Source: an uncultured Actinomycetes bacterium
GTDB taxonomy: Bacteria > Actinomycetota > Actinomycetes > Streptosporangiales > Streptosporangiaceae
DNA: 64,000 bases
Direction: 5' to 3'
NCBI GenBank assembly: GCA_963800415.1
Contig: CAWDBS010000083.1
Span: 210 to 64,209, forward strand
The notes under the pieces: model-generated
Databases searched by the model: none
Seen by the model: the letters and a program-made list of their open reading frames with translations, nothing else
Told to the model about the DNA's origin: nothing
Shown here: positions 49,130-59,554 of the stretch, in pieces
Layout: each line of letters opens with the position of its first letter
Position numbering within the stretch: position 1 is the first letter of the stretch
Position numbers and translations under genes: made by a program

Positions 49130-50638
49130 ATGACAGATCCGCTGCTCATCTGCGCCCCGATGCGCATCGAGGCCCGCGCCATCCGCCGCGGGCTGCGCGC
49201 CACCCGTGGCCAGCACAGCGCTAACCCGCCGGAGGTGCTGCGCACCGGCTATGGCACCACCCGGGCGGCTGACCGGGCCGGAGGGCTCAAAGCCAGCTCG
49301 TTCGGCCAACTGGGCATCATGGGAGTCGGCGCCGGCCTGACCACCGACCTCAGCCCGGGCGACCTGGTCGTCGGCACCGAGGTGGGCGTGGCCACCTGCC
49401 TGTCCGCTCCGCTGCTGGCGGGGGAGCTGAGCCGGGCTGGGCTGCCGGCCCGGGCGGGCCGGATCACCACCGTGGACCACCTGGTCCGCCGGTCCGAGCG
49501 GGTCGGCCTGGCCGCCGACGGCACGCTGCTGGCCGATATGGAGTCGGCGCCGCTGGCCGCCGCGGCCGGGGACCGCCCGGTGGCCGTGATCCGGGCCGTG
49601 TCCGACACCCCGGTTCACCCGCTGGCGGGCATCGTCTCCGGCGGGCTGGCCGCGCTGCGCTCGCTGCGCGCCGCCGCGCCCGTGATGGAGCGGTGGGCGG
49701 CGGCCTGCGGGCCGCGTCAGGTGCTGCTGGCCGGGCCGCGCTCGTTCTGCGCCGGCGTGGACCGGGCCATCGAGATCGTCGAGCGGGCGCTCGAACTCCA
49801 GGGCAAACCGGTGTACGTGCGCAAGCAGATCGTGCACAACACCCGCGTGGTGGGCGATCTCGAGGGTCGCGGCGCGGTATTCGTGGACGAACTCGACGAG
49901 GTGCCCGACGGCGCCACCGTGGTGTTCTCCGCGCACGGCGTGTCGCCCGCCGTCCGCGCGGAGGCGTCCCGGCGCGGCCTGGCCGTGATCGACGCCACCT
50001 GCCCGCTGGTGTCCAAGGTGCACGCGGAGGCCAGGCGGTTCGCCGCGGACGGGTACACGGTCGCGCTGATCGGCCACGCGGGCCACGAGGAAGTCGAGGG
50101 CACCCTGGGCGAGGCGCCGTCCTCGACGGTGCTGGTGCAGACGCCGGAAGACGTGGCGGCGCTGCGGCCGCGCGACTCCGAACGCGTCGCCTACCTGATG
50201 CAGACCACGCTGTCGGTCGACGAGGCCGCGGAGGTGTCCGGCGCGCTGCGCGAACGGTTCCCCGCGGTGCGCGGGCCCGGCAGCGACGACATCTGCTACG
50301 CCACGACCAACCGGCAGGCCGCGGTGCGGGCTGTCGCCGCCGATTCCGACCTGGTGCTCGTGGCCGGCTCGGCGAACTCCTCCAACTCGGTCCGGCTGGT
50401 GGAGACCTGCGAGCGGGTCGGTACGCCGGCGCACCTGATCGACAGCGCGGAGGACATCGAGCTCGGCTGGCTTACGGGGGTATCGACGATCGGCTTGACC
50501 GCCGGGGCCTCCGCCCCTCCCGCCGTGGTGGAGGAGATCATTTCGGCGCTCTCAGGGCTAGGCCCCCTGTCCGTCTCCGAGCGAGTGACGACCACGGAAT
50601 CAATCCGGTTCGGCCTGCCCAAGGAGGTACGGCACTAA
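49130..50638 (+). CDS. apparent fusion: hopanoid-associated phosphorylase/nucleosidase HpnG domain plus 4-hydroxy-3-methylbut-2-enyl diphosphate reductase (IspH/LytB) domain
   Basis: The ATG overlaps the shc stop (ATGA). The N-terminal ~185 aa are PNP/UDP-phosphorylase-like ([14 protein letters not shown]...GVGAGL...ADMESAP...). The reading continues with no stop into IspH ([23 protein letters not shown]...HNTRVV...[10 protein letters not shown]...TTNRQ...) in the same frame. An internal ATG at 49685 could alternatively start ispH. Confidence 0.7.
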   Translation: MTDPLLICAPMRIEARAIRRGLRATRGQHSANPPEVLRTGYGTTRAADRAGGLKASSFGQLGIMGVGAGLTTDLSPGDLVVGTEVGVATCLSAPLLAGELSRAGLPARAGRITTVDHLVRRSERVGLAADGTLLADMESAPLAAAAGDRPVAVIRAVSDTPVHPLAGIVSGGLAALRSLRAAAPVMERWAAACGPRQVLLAGPRSFCAGVDRAIEIVERALELQGKPVYVRKQIVHNTRVVGDLEGRGAVFVDELDEVPDGATVVFSAHGVSPAVRAEASRRGLAVIDATCPLVSKVHAEARRFAADGYTVALIGHAGHEEVEGTLGEAPSSTVLVQTPEDVAALRPRDSERVAYLMQTTLSVDEAAEVSGALRERFPAVRGPGSDDICYATTNRQAAVRAVAADSDLVLVAGSANSSNSVRLVETCERVGTPAHLIDSAEDIELGWLTGVSTIGLTAGASAPPAVVEEIISALSGLGPLSVSERVTTTESIRFGLPKEVRH

Positions 50639-51639
50639 TGCCCATGCCATTGCGTCAGTCCCTGCGCGTCGGGTCCTACCTGATGCGTCAGAAGCTGGCT
50701 GGCAACAAGAAGTTCCCGCTGCTCGTCGAGCTCGAGCCGCTGTTCGCCTGCAACCTGAAGTGCGCCGGCTGCGGCAAGATCCAGCAGCCGCACACCGTCC
50801 TGAAGCAGCGGATGCCGGTCGAGCAGGCGCTGGGCGCGATCGAGGAGTCCGGCGCGCCGATGGTGTCCATCGCCGGCGGCGAGCCGCTGATGCACCCGCA
50901 GATCGACGTGATCGTCGCCGAGCTGATCAAGCGGAAGAAGTTCGTCTTCCTGTGCACCAACGCGCTGCTGCTGCCCAAGAAGCTGGACAAGTTCAAGCCC
51001 TCGCCGTACTTCGCCTGGGTGGTGCACATCGACGGGCTGCGCGAGCGGCACGACGAGTCGGTCTGCAAGGAAGGCGTGTTCGACGACGCGGTCGCCGCGA
51101 TCAAGCTCGCGAAGTCGCGCGGGTTCAAGGTGAACACGAACACCACGTTCTTCAACACCGACACCCCGCAGACGATTATCGAGGTGCTGAACTACCTGAA
51201 CGACGACCTCGGCATCGACGAAATGCAGATCTCCCCGGCCTACGCCTACGAGAAGGCGCCGGACCAGGAGCATTTCCTCGGCGTCGAGGAAACCCGGGAA
51301 CTGTTCCGCAAGGCGTTCGCGGACGGGCGGCGCAAGAAGTGGCGGCTGAACCACACGCCGCTGTTCCTGGACTTCCTGGAGGGCAAGACGGACTTCGGCT
51401 GCACCGCGTGGGGGATTCCCTCCTACTCCCTGCTCGGCTGGCAGAAGCCCTGCTACCTGATGTCGGACGGGTACGTGAAGACGTACTCCGAGCTCATCGA
51501 GACCACCGACTGGGACTCCTACGGGCGGGGCAAGGACCCCCGGTGCGCCAACTGCATGGCGCACTGCGGGTACGAGCCTTCGGCCGTGCTGGCCACGATG
51601 GGCTCGCTGCGCGAGACGATCAGGGCGGCGCGGGGATAG
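50638..51639 (+). CDS. hpnH: adenosyl-hopene transferase HpnH (radical SAM)
   Basis: The CxxxCxxC motif (FACNLKCAGCGK) is present. The intact 333-aa ORF overlaps the previous stop (TAATG) and has the conserved HpnH C-terminus (...CANCMAHCGYEPSAV). Confidence 0.9.
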   Translation: MPMPLRQSLRVGSYLMRQKLAGNKKFPLLVELEPLFACNLKCAGCGKIQQPHTVLKQRMPVEQALGAIEESGAPMVSIAGGEPLMHPQIDVIVAELIKRKKFVFLCTNALLLPKKLDKFKPSPYFAWVVHIDGLRERHDESVCKEGVFDDAVAAIKLAKSRGFKVNTNTTFFNTDTPQTIIEVLNYLNDDLGIDEMQISPAYAYEKAPDQEHFLGVEETRELFRKAFADGRRKKWRLNHTPLFLDFLEGKTDFGCTAWGIPSYSLLGWQKPCYLMSDGYVKTYSELIETTDWDSYGRGKDPRCANCMAHCGYEPSAVLATMGSLRETIRAARG

Positions 51640-51640
51640 C

Positions 51641-51665
51641 CCTAGCTGACCTGGCGGCAGCTAGG
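51641..51665 (+). terminator. hairpin just after hpnH (candidate terminator)
   Basis: CCTAGCTG(51641-51648) and CAGCTAGG(51658-51665) form an 8-bp stem with a 9-nt loop. No T-tract follows. Confidence 0.3.
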
Positions 51666-51842
51666 CGTGGTGGAAAACGCGGGTCCCTGACGGGGCCCGC
51701 GTCTTTCAGGTCGGGGAAATCCCGAAGGTTCTGTTCAGCACTCCCTCAGGTAGCACCGCCAAGCTCTGAATCGGCGCGGCGTTCGCTCCGGGGGCGGCCG
51801 CGCCGCCATCTATGCGGCGGCGGTCCCTGTCAGGAGTGCAGA

Positions 51843-53411
51843 ATGTTCTTCACCTATTTGCGGCGTGAGCTTCGCCGCCGCATGCGCCAGGCCGTTTTCA
51901 TCGCGCTCGGCCTCGCCCTCGGCGTGGGCCTGGTCATCACCGTGACGGCGGCGTCGGCCGGCGTCAAGAACGCCCAGGGCACCGTGCTGCACGCGCTGTA
52001 CGGCGTGGGCACGGACGTCACCGTGACCAAGACGCCGACGGCCGGGTCGTTCACCCCCGGGTCGTTCGGGTTCGGCTTCCGGACCGGGACCGGTCCAAGC
52101 GGCCCGCGGCCGGCACCAAGATCAACACCAGCACGCTCGCGGCGGGCGCCACGCTCGCCTCGATCGGCGCGTCCTCGGTCGCCGACGGTGGCCGGCCTGC
52201 ACGACGTGTCGGCGGCGGCGGGCGGGCTGACCCTGAACGACCGGACGCTCAGCGGCACCGTGCCGGCCATCAACACCTCGGGCGGGGGCGGCGGCTTCGG
52301 CGGCGGCAGGATCGGTGGCGGCGGAGGATCCGGCGGCGGCCAGAGCTTCCGCGCCAACTTCACCACCAACACGCTTCGGCGTCGACGGCGTGGACATCGG
52401 CGGCGGCGAACTCGGCCCGCTCAGCTCGGGCAAGCTCAGCGCCGGGCCGCACCTTCACCACCGCGGACGCGTCCTCCGACGTCGCGCTGGTGGACGCCTC
52501 CTACGCGACGCAGAACAAGCTGTCGGTCGGATCCACGATCGCCATCGGCAACAGCAGCGGCACCACGACGAACTTCAAGGTCGTCGGGATCGTCAGCGAG
52601 CCCGCGGGTGACAACCCCTCGGACGTGTACATCCCGCTCGCGGTGGCGCAGAACCTGGCCAACATGAAGAACGACGTGAACACCATCTACGTCGCGGCCA
52701 GCAGCTCCTCGGCCATCGGCACCGTCTCCAGCGAGATCAAGCACGGCGCTGCCGTCGGACACCGTGACCACCTCCAGCGACCTGGCCAGCGAGGTCACCG
52801 GCTCGCTGTCCAGCGCCTCGAGCCTGGCCAACAACCTCGGCAAGTGGCTGGCGATCGCGGTGCTGATCGCCGCGTTCCTGCTGGCCAGCCTGCTGACGTT
52901 GGCGGCGGTCTCGCGCCGGGTACGTGAGTTCGGCACGCTGAAGGCGCTCGGCTGGAAGAGCCGGCGCATCGTCGGCCAGGTGATGGGCGAGTCGGTCACC
53001 CTGGGCATCATCGGCGGCGTGATCGGCGTCGGGCTCGGCCTGGCCGGCGCGGAGCTGGTGTCGAAGATGTCGCCCAAGCTGACCGCCGTGGTCGGCCAGA
53101 CCACCGGCTCGGCCACGCCGGGCGGCGCCAGGCAGTTCGGCTTCGGCGGCGGCGGCGGCGGCGGCACCGGTGGCGGCGGCGGCTTCGGCGGCGGCGGTGG
53201 CGGTGGCGGCGGCGGCGGCGGGGCCGGCGCCTTCCGCCGCGCGGCGGCGGCCAGCCACACGGTGGCCGTGCACCTGTCCCCCGCGGTGAGCACGAACGTG
53301 ATCCTGCTCGCGGTCCTGCTGGCCGTGGCGGGCGGCATCATCGCCGGGATCTTCGGCGGCTGGCGGGCCGCGCGGCTGCGCCCGGCGGCGGCCCTGGCCA
53401 AGGTGGCCTGA
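51843..53411 (+). pseudogene. ABC transporter permease, FtsX/MacB-type, with at least five frame changes
   Basis: The N-terminal transmembrane helix MFFTYLRRELRRRMRQAVFIALGLALGVGLVITV is followed by a large periplasmic domain and the C-terminal FtsX helices (...REFGTLKALGWKSRRIVGQVMGESVTLGIIGG...). Frame switches occur near 52090, 52185, 52375, 52450 and 52745. From 52764 to the stop the frame is uninterrupted. Confidence 0.75.
53145..53223 (+). repeat. (GGC)n-rich microsatellite encoding a poly-Gly tract in the permease
   Basis: GGC is repeated seven times, followed by further GGC/GGT runs. The translation is GGGGGGGTGGGGGFGGGGGGGGGGGG. Confidence 0.85.
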
Positions 53412-53430
53412 ACCCAGGAGGGAAAGCGAG

Positions 53431-54282
53431 ATGTACAAGCTCTCCGGAGTGACCAAGAATTACCAGAAGGGCCGCGAGACCGTGGCCGCGCTGCGCGGGG
53501 TCGACCTGGTGGTCGAGGACGGCGAATGGCTGGCCATCCAGGGGCCGACCGGGCACGGCAAGTCGACGCTGCTGCAGATCCTCGGCGGCCTGGACCGGCC
53601 GTCCGCCGGCCTCGTCGACTTCGACGGCCGTGACCTCGCGCAGCTGCGCGAGGCCGAAGTGACCAGGGTGCGGGCCGAGTCCATGGGCTTCATATTCCAG
53701 ACCTTCAACCTGATCCCCACGCTGTCCGCGCAGGAGAACGTGGAGGCCGCGCTGGTCCCGCTGCACGTCTCCGCGGCCGTGCGGCGGCAGCGGGCCGCGG
53801 TCGCCCTGGACGCCGTTGGCCTCGGCGACCGGCTGCGCCACGTGCCCGGCGAGCTGTCCGGCGGCCAGCAGCAGCGGGTGGCCATCGCCCGGGCCCTGGT
53901 CAAGGAGCCGAAGGTCCTGCTGGCCGACGAGCCGACCGGCAACCTCGACGAGGACACCAGGGACGAGATCATCGGCCTGCTCGAGACCATGTGGCGGGAG
54001 CGCGGCCTGACCATGGTGCTCGTCACCCACGACAGCACCGTGGCCCGCCGCGCCCAGCGCATCGGCGTGATGAAGAACGGCCGCCTCACCTTCAGGCGCC
54101 CGGCCCGCCCGAAGGCCAGCCGCTCCCAGGTCACCGCCTTCGCCTCCCTCGACGGCGAGCCCCTGGCCACCGAGACGCCCAGTTTCCAGCCTCCGGACCT
54201 CCCGCCCGTCGATTCCCCCTCGCCACCGACCCGACCGACTCCATCTCCTTCCCGGACTAGCCACTCCATTTGGGGTGGCTAG
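53431..54282 (+). CDS. ABC transporter ATP-binding protein (MacB/LolD-like) with Pro-rich C-terminal tail
   Basis: Walker A (GPTGHGKS), the ABC signature (LSGGQQQRVAIARAL) and Walker B (LLADEPTGNLD) are present in an intact ORF. Confidence 0.88.
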   Translation: MYKLSGVTKNYQKGRETVAALRGVDLVVEDGEWLAIQGPTGHGKSTLLQILGGLDRPSAGLVDFDGRDLAQLREAEVTRVRAESMGFIFQTFNLIPTLSAQENVEAALVPLHVSAAVRRQRAAVALDAVGLGDRLRHVPGELSGGQQQRVAIARALVKEPKVLLADEPTGNLDEDTRDEIIGLLETMWRERGLTMVLVTHDSTVARRAQRIGVMKNGRLTFRRPARPKASRSQVTAFASLDGEPLATETPSFQPPDLPPVDSPSPPTRPTPSPSRTSHSIWGG

Positions 54283-54288
54283 TCCGGG
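54251..54288. terminator. perfect 14-bp-stem hairpin between convergent genes (candidate bidirectional terminator)
   Basis: CCCGGACTAGCCAC(54251-54264), loop TCCATTTGGG and GTGGCTAGTCCGGG(54275-54288). The hairpin contains the ABC ATPase stop codon. Confidence 0.5.
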
Positions 54289-54303
54289 CCGGTCGCTGCC
54301 GGG

Positions 54304-55252
54304 TTAAGGGTCGAGCAGGGCCTCGCGGCGGAGCAGGGCGGGCAGGTCCGCGGGTTCCGGGCGCACGCCGGCCAGGCCGTGCGCCGCGAACCAGCGGCCG
54401 ATGTTCTCCGCGTCGCGGGTGAGGAAGAAGGCGCCGCGCGGGTTCGCGATCACGTCGACCACCTGGGGGAGGTCGATCATGACCAGCCGCCCGTCGTGTA
54501 CCAGCAGGTTGTACGCGGACAGGTCGCCGTGGGCCAGGCCGTCCCGGGCCAGGGCGACGAGCGCCTGCACCAGCTGGTCCCACAGCCCGGCCAGCTCGGC
54601 CGGGCCAGGCCTGGTCTCGGCCAGCCGCGGGGCGGCGATCCCGTCCGCCGAGCCGATGAACTCGAGCAGCAGTTCGGTGTCGAGGATCTGCGCCGGATAG
54701 GGGACCGGTATCCCGGCCGCGTACAGCCGGGCCAGCGCGCTGAACTCGGCGTGAGCCCACTGGCCGGCGATGGCCTGCCGCCCGAACGCGGTCCGGCTCG
54801 CCACCGCCCGGTTGACCCGGGACTCCCTGGTCCGCCGCCCCTCCAGGTAGCCGCTGTCGCGGTGGAACATCCGGTGCCCGGCGTCGCGGTAGCGCTTGGC
54901 GGCGAGCAGGCAGGACCGGCCCCCGGGTACGCCGCGCCGGATCAGGAAGACGTCGGCTTCCTTGCCGGTCTTCAGGATGCCGAGTTCGGTGTCGACGGCG
55001 GCCAGTTCGGTGACCAGCCAGTCCGGGTGCGGCCTGGGGCCGCGCTGGGTCGGGATCGACTGGTCCCAGGTGGACCAGCGGTCACCTTCGGGCAGGCCGT
55101 CGGTCGCGTCGAATACCTCGATGGACGGCAGCGACCGGCGGCCCCGGACGCGTTTGGCCGTGGTCGGCTCGTCGTCGTCGAAACGCTGCTTACCCGCGGC
55201 GGCGCTAGCCAGAAGTGAACTCTCCGCGGCGTGCGGAGGAATAGTCGTGCAC
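54304..55252 (-). pseudogene. RIO-type serine protein kinase, frameshift near the 5' end
   Basis: ...ILKTGKEADVFL..., ...LAHGDLSAYNLLV... and ...MIDLPQ are RIO motifs. The frame carrying FDDDEPTTAKRVRGRRS... has no start codon. A GTG at 55252 (VHDYSSARRGEF) lies in another frame and stops after 15 codons, which implies an indel near 55210. Confidence 0.7.
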
Positions 55253-55584
55253 GGGTGGTGCTCCTCAGCTGAGCGGTGAACAGGGCAGGCGGGAATGCGC
55301 CCACGACGGGCTTAGACATTTCGTGCCTCCCTTCGCTCAGCCGGCCAGCGCCGGCCCGAACCTGCTGCAGGCTGCCACACCGTCCCCGGCCAGGGCAACT
55401 GGTTTTCCCGACAGTTCCTGCGACCAGATCACCACGACCATACCGACCAGATCACCACGTTATGGCCGGCCGACGGCCACAGCCGGCCCGGCCACTCTGA
55501 TCGGTTCGCGTATCAGGCGGCGGTGCGACGTCTTTGATATGAGAGACAGGGTGACTTCGGGAGGTGGTGAAGTGACCATTGTAG

Positions 55585-56936
55585 ACCTGCCCGGCGCCGT
55601 TCGGAGTCGATGAGCATGGGCCGGTCCTCTCGATGGCCTTCGACCGTAACGGTACCATGGAGGCCAGCGGCGGCGACGATGGCCATAGACGCCTGAGGGA
55701 AGCGCGCACCGGTCAGCAAATCGCCGCTTTAGCAGCGATAACGAGGGCGTATGGTCGATGGCTTAGCCCGGATGGTATGGTCCTGGCCATCGGCGAGGCG
55801 GAGGGCACGGTCCGGGTCTGGGACGTAGGCAAAGGCGAAGAGCGCACTGTGCTCGATGACGACATCGGCTTGGTCCTAGCCGTAGGCTTCGATTCACACG
55901 GGGACGTCCTGGCCGCCGGCGACATGGACGATACGTCAGGCTGTGGCACAGTCGCGCTGGCGATCGAGCTCTGCCTGCCGAGGACCACGGCGGGGTGCAG
56001 TCGGCGGCCTGCAGCCGGGACGCCGCGATCCTCGCCGTCGGCGAGGCGGACGGCACGGTCCGGGTCTGGGACGTGGGCAACGGCGAAGAGCGCGGTCGGT
56101 TCGCCAGCCCCAGGGGCGCAGAGCAGTCGGTGGCGTCCAGTGCTGACAGTTCCGTGCTGGCCAGCGGCGGCGACGACGGCTTGGTGCAGCTGTGGGATGT
56201 GAACTCGGGCAAGCCGCGCATGGCCGTCTCCGTGAACGTCGGCACGGTGCAATCGGTGGCGTTCAGCCCGGACGGTACGTCGCTGGCCGTCGCGGCCAGA
56301 ACGGCCAGGTCTGGGCGACGGACGTGCACACCGGCCGCCGCGTGCCGTCCTGACCGGCCACGACGGCTGGGTGTCCGCGCTGGCCTTCAGCCCGGACGGA
56401 ACCGTGCTAGTAACCGGCGGCGGGCACGACGGGACCGTGCGGCTGTGGGATGCAGCCACCGGCGTGCAGCAGAGTAACCCGGGCCTGGGCGATGCGCCTT
56501 TCGACCCCCGTAACCTGGAACAGGAACTGGCCGACGCTACCAGGGCGGCGCAGGATGATCCCGGGAACATCGGGGCGCTGGTGACCAGGGCCGAACACCT
56601 GCGGCAGATGGGCGGGCTGCAAGAGGCGCTGGCCGACGCCGAACGAGCCCTCGCCACCGACCCGTCGAACCCGGCAGCCACGCTGACATGGCGCGGATTC
56701 TGCACGACATGGGGCGATCGACGAAGCGCTCGATTGGGTGAACCGGGCGATAGCCGCCGAGCCCTCGAACATTCAAGCGCATCTGGACCGGGTGCGCGTT
56801 CTGTCCAGCCGGGGCGGCTGACGAAGCGCTGGCGGCGGCCACCTCCGCAGCTGATCAATACCCAGGTTCTGAGGCTGAGTCGTTCAAGCAGGTCCTGGCC
56901 GCGAACTCAGCAGTGCCCAGGCTGCCCCGGACGTGA
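55585..56936 (+). pseudogene. WD40-repeat plus TPR-repeat protein remnant, 5'-truncated and multiply frameshifted
   Basis: WD40 units are recognisable in shifting frames: GPVLSMAFDRNGTMEASGGDDG, ILAVGEADGTVRVWDVGNGEE, VLASGGDDGLVQLWDVNSGK, VQSVAFSPDGTSLAV and VSALAFSPDGTVLVTGGGHDGTVRLWDAATG. TPR-like units follow (ALVTRAEHLRQMGGLQEALADAERALATDPSNP; IDEALDWVNRAIAAEPSNIQAH). There is no start codon, and a conserved Trp is replaced in the first unit. Confidence 0.65.
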
Positions 56937-59515
56937 CTGGCGAGGCCTGCGAGACGAGACCCGGGACTGGTCCGTCGAATCGTCGCTCGACGGCGGCTAC
57001 GACGCCGACGACGCCGGTGATCCCGATCGCCGCGATGCCTGGGGTTCAACGGTGACGTGAAGATGCTCTGTTCCGTCCTGGCCGACAATACGGTCCGGCT
57101 CCCCTTGTCGGTCGGCCTGTTCGGCGAATGGGGAAGCGGCAAGAGCTTCTTCATGCGGCTGATGCAGCAGCGGATCAGCACACTAGCCGACGTCGCGCGA
57201 GATGCCGAAGATCGAAACCTCAAGACGCGCTACTGCGCGCGAGTCGTGCAGATTCAGTTCAACGCGTGGCACTACAGGACGCGAACCTGTGGGCGAGCCT
57301 CGCATCAGAGATCTTCTTCCAGCTCGCGTCGCCAGGTGATGACACAACCGCCGAGGAGAAGCGGCGGATGGCACGGGAACGCGAAGCAGTTCTCAAGAAG
57401 CTCAGCACCTCGCAGCGGCTGGCCACCGAGTTGGAACAAGCACATGAGCGCGCGCAGGCCCAGTGTGAGCAGGTTCAGGGACAACTGAACCAAGCCCAGG
57501 GCGACCGGCAAGACAAGGTCGGTGAGCTCGCCGAGACCGTCGGTAACGTCACCGTCGATCTCGCCTGCAAGCTCGATACTGATAAGAACCTCAAAGAGCT
57601 GAGACAAGAAGCCGCGACGAAGCTCGGCATAAGCGAGCCAGCGCCGCAGGATCTGGCCGGGCTCGTCGGCGAACTCGGCAGGCTGCCTGGGCTGGCCCGC
57701 GCTACCTGGCGCCTGCTCGCCGAGCGCGGACGGACCTGGGTATGGGCGTTCGGGTGCCTGGCGGCATTCTCGTCCTGCTGCTGGCGGGCCTCGTTCTCTC
57801 GCTACCCGCGGTGGCCAGTGGCATGGCTGGGTTGCGATCGGGGCGGCGCTGACCACGATGACGGGCTTCGCCGCCACGATCCGGCTCGATCCTGAGCGCT
57901 GTCAACAGCGGCCTCGGTGCGGCGAAACAGGCTCTGCGGCAGCAGGAGACACTCGTCCAGGAGATCCGGGCGGAACAAGAGGCGAAGCGGGTCAAGCTGG
58001 AGGCCGAACTTCAGCAGCTAGCTGCACGAGAGCAGCACCTGGCGGTCCAGCTCGCCGCCGCACAAGCCGCCGAAGCCGAGGCCAAACTGGAAGTACAGGA
58101 CCTCAGGGCAGGCCGGCGCCTTCGCAAGTTCCTGGAGGAACGCAGCGTCAGCAGTGACTATCAAGGCCAGCTCGGCCTGATATCGATGCTGTACAAAGAC
58201 TTCCAGCGACTCGACGCCCTGCTCAGGCTGAAAAGCGGGACCGAGGACGACGACCTGCCGCGAATCGACTGCATCATCCTCTATGTCGATGATCTGGACC
58301 GCTGCCCGCCGAGCCGGGTAGTGGAAGTGCTCCAGGCGATGCACTTGCTGCTCGCGCTGCCGCTATTCGTGGTCGTGGTCGGGGTCGATCCGCGCCGGCT
58401 GCTCCGCTCCCTGCAGACTCACTACCGTGCCCTGCTGCAGACCCAGGCCGTCACGCGGTCGGCCGACGGCGACCGGTCATACTGGGCCTCCACGCCTCAG
58501 AACTACGTGGAGAAGATCTTCCAGATCCCTTCGCCCGGATGCCGATGACCAGCAGCGGATTCGCCAGCTGGTAAGCGACCTCGCTGCTGAGGAGGAGACC
58601 AGATCGCGGCCACGCGCAGAACGGGGCCGCGGCCGATGGGCGAGAACGCGAGCAGACGGCGCCTTCGCCCTCAGCTGAGACGCCGAGGAGCGTTGCTACA
58701 CCAGGCACGGCAGGGACGCGGGACGCTCGACAGGCAGCCGGAAGCGGCTCCCGGCGACTCGCCCGGCCGGCGGCGGACCTGCCACCCGGACCTGCGAGGC
58801 CACCATGGTGAGCGGACGTCACCGGCGACATCCGGGCAGCCTTCGGCGGTAACAGAGGCCGACGACGTCGCCGCCCGGCGTGTCTGGCGTCCAGCCGCAC
58901 GAGGATGCCGCGGCTCCGTCCCCAGCGGCACCGCAGCCCGTCGAGGAGCAGCGCATACAGGCCAGGCCAGGGTCGGTGACCAGCTCAGCCGAGGATCGCA
59001 TCGACCCGAACCCGGACGGCTTGCGGCTGACTGATCATGAGATTCGCTTTATCCAGGCCCTGGCCCCGATGGTCACGACACCGAGGGCCTGGCATGTGGC
59101 TGATCAATATCTACCGCATGATCCGGAGCACGCAGGCTACTGGAGGATCGTCGCACTTCCTCGACCTCAGCACGGGCACCGGGGACTATCAGGCTATCCT
59201 TCTCCTCCTCGCGATCGTCAGCGGCTTCCCTGAGCTCGCCGCGCCGGCCTTCGAGGCGTTGCTGCGGGCGATCCGGGCACCACCTGGCCGGCGTTCGTGG
59301 ACGAGTTGCTCGCGGCCAGGGCCGTAGCTGGCCAGGATGAAGCCGAGAGCTCTCCCGGCGACTGGGACCGTATGAGGGCGGCGCTGGCGGCGGTCCGGCG
59401 GCGACCACAGCATCCACGTCGCCGACGGTCCGGTCCTACCGTGAATGGGCACCGCGCATCGCCCTGCTTCTCCTTCGCCGTTGCTCACGATCCGAGGATC
59501 TCCGGCGCGACGTGA
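56933..59515 (+). pseudogene. KAP-family P-loop NTPase, heavily decayed (about a dozen frame changes)
   Basis: Motifs are found across shifting frames: LGFNGDVKMLCSVLADNTVRLPLSVGLFGEWGSGKSFFM (Walker A), IQFNAWHY/QDANLWASLASEIFFQLA, an inserted hydrophobic pair (GILVLLLAGLVLSLPAVASG; GWVAIGAALTTMTGFAATI), a coiled-coil, IILYVDDLDRCPPSRVVEVLQAMHLLLALPLFVVVVGVD (Walker B), YVEKIFQIPF, and LTDHEIRFIQALAPMVTTPRA/KRLINIYRMIR. The boundaries are approximate. Confidence 0.7.
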
Positions 59516-59554
59516 AACCGGGGTTCCGGGCGGCGAGGCCCGGCACCGGAGCGC

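Larger units (their letters stand above)
47052..49133 (+). pseudogene. shc: squalene-hopene cyclase, interrupted by a repeat element (47642-47779) and a further 1-nt frameshift near 48207
   Basis: GWWQGELETNVTMDAEDLLLREFLG..., QW motifs and the DxDD motif (YPDTDDTAEV) are present. Frame 0 runs to ELY at 47639, frame 2 runs from WERVFTILDKALHKY (47777), and frame 0 resumes after about 48207 to the stop at 49133. The C-terminal tail is encoded by repeat copy e. Confidence 0.85.

Noticed and set aside
55253-59554. Calling the WD40/TPR-KAP region a mobile element or an active defence system.
   Set aside because: No integrase, transposase, tRNA attachment site or flanking direct repeats were seen, and both genes are too fragmented to be functional as written. 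Only a relic can be supported.
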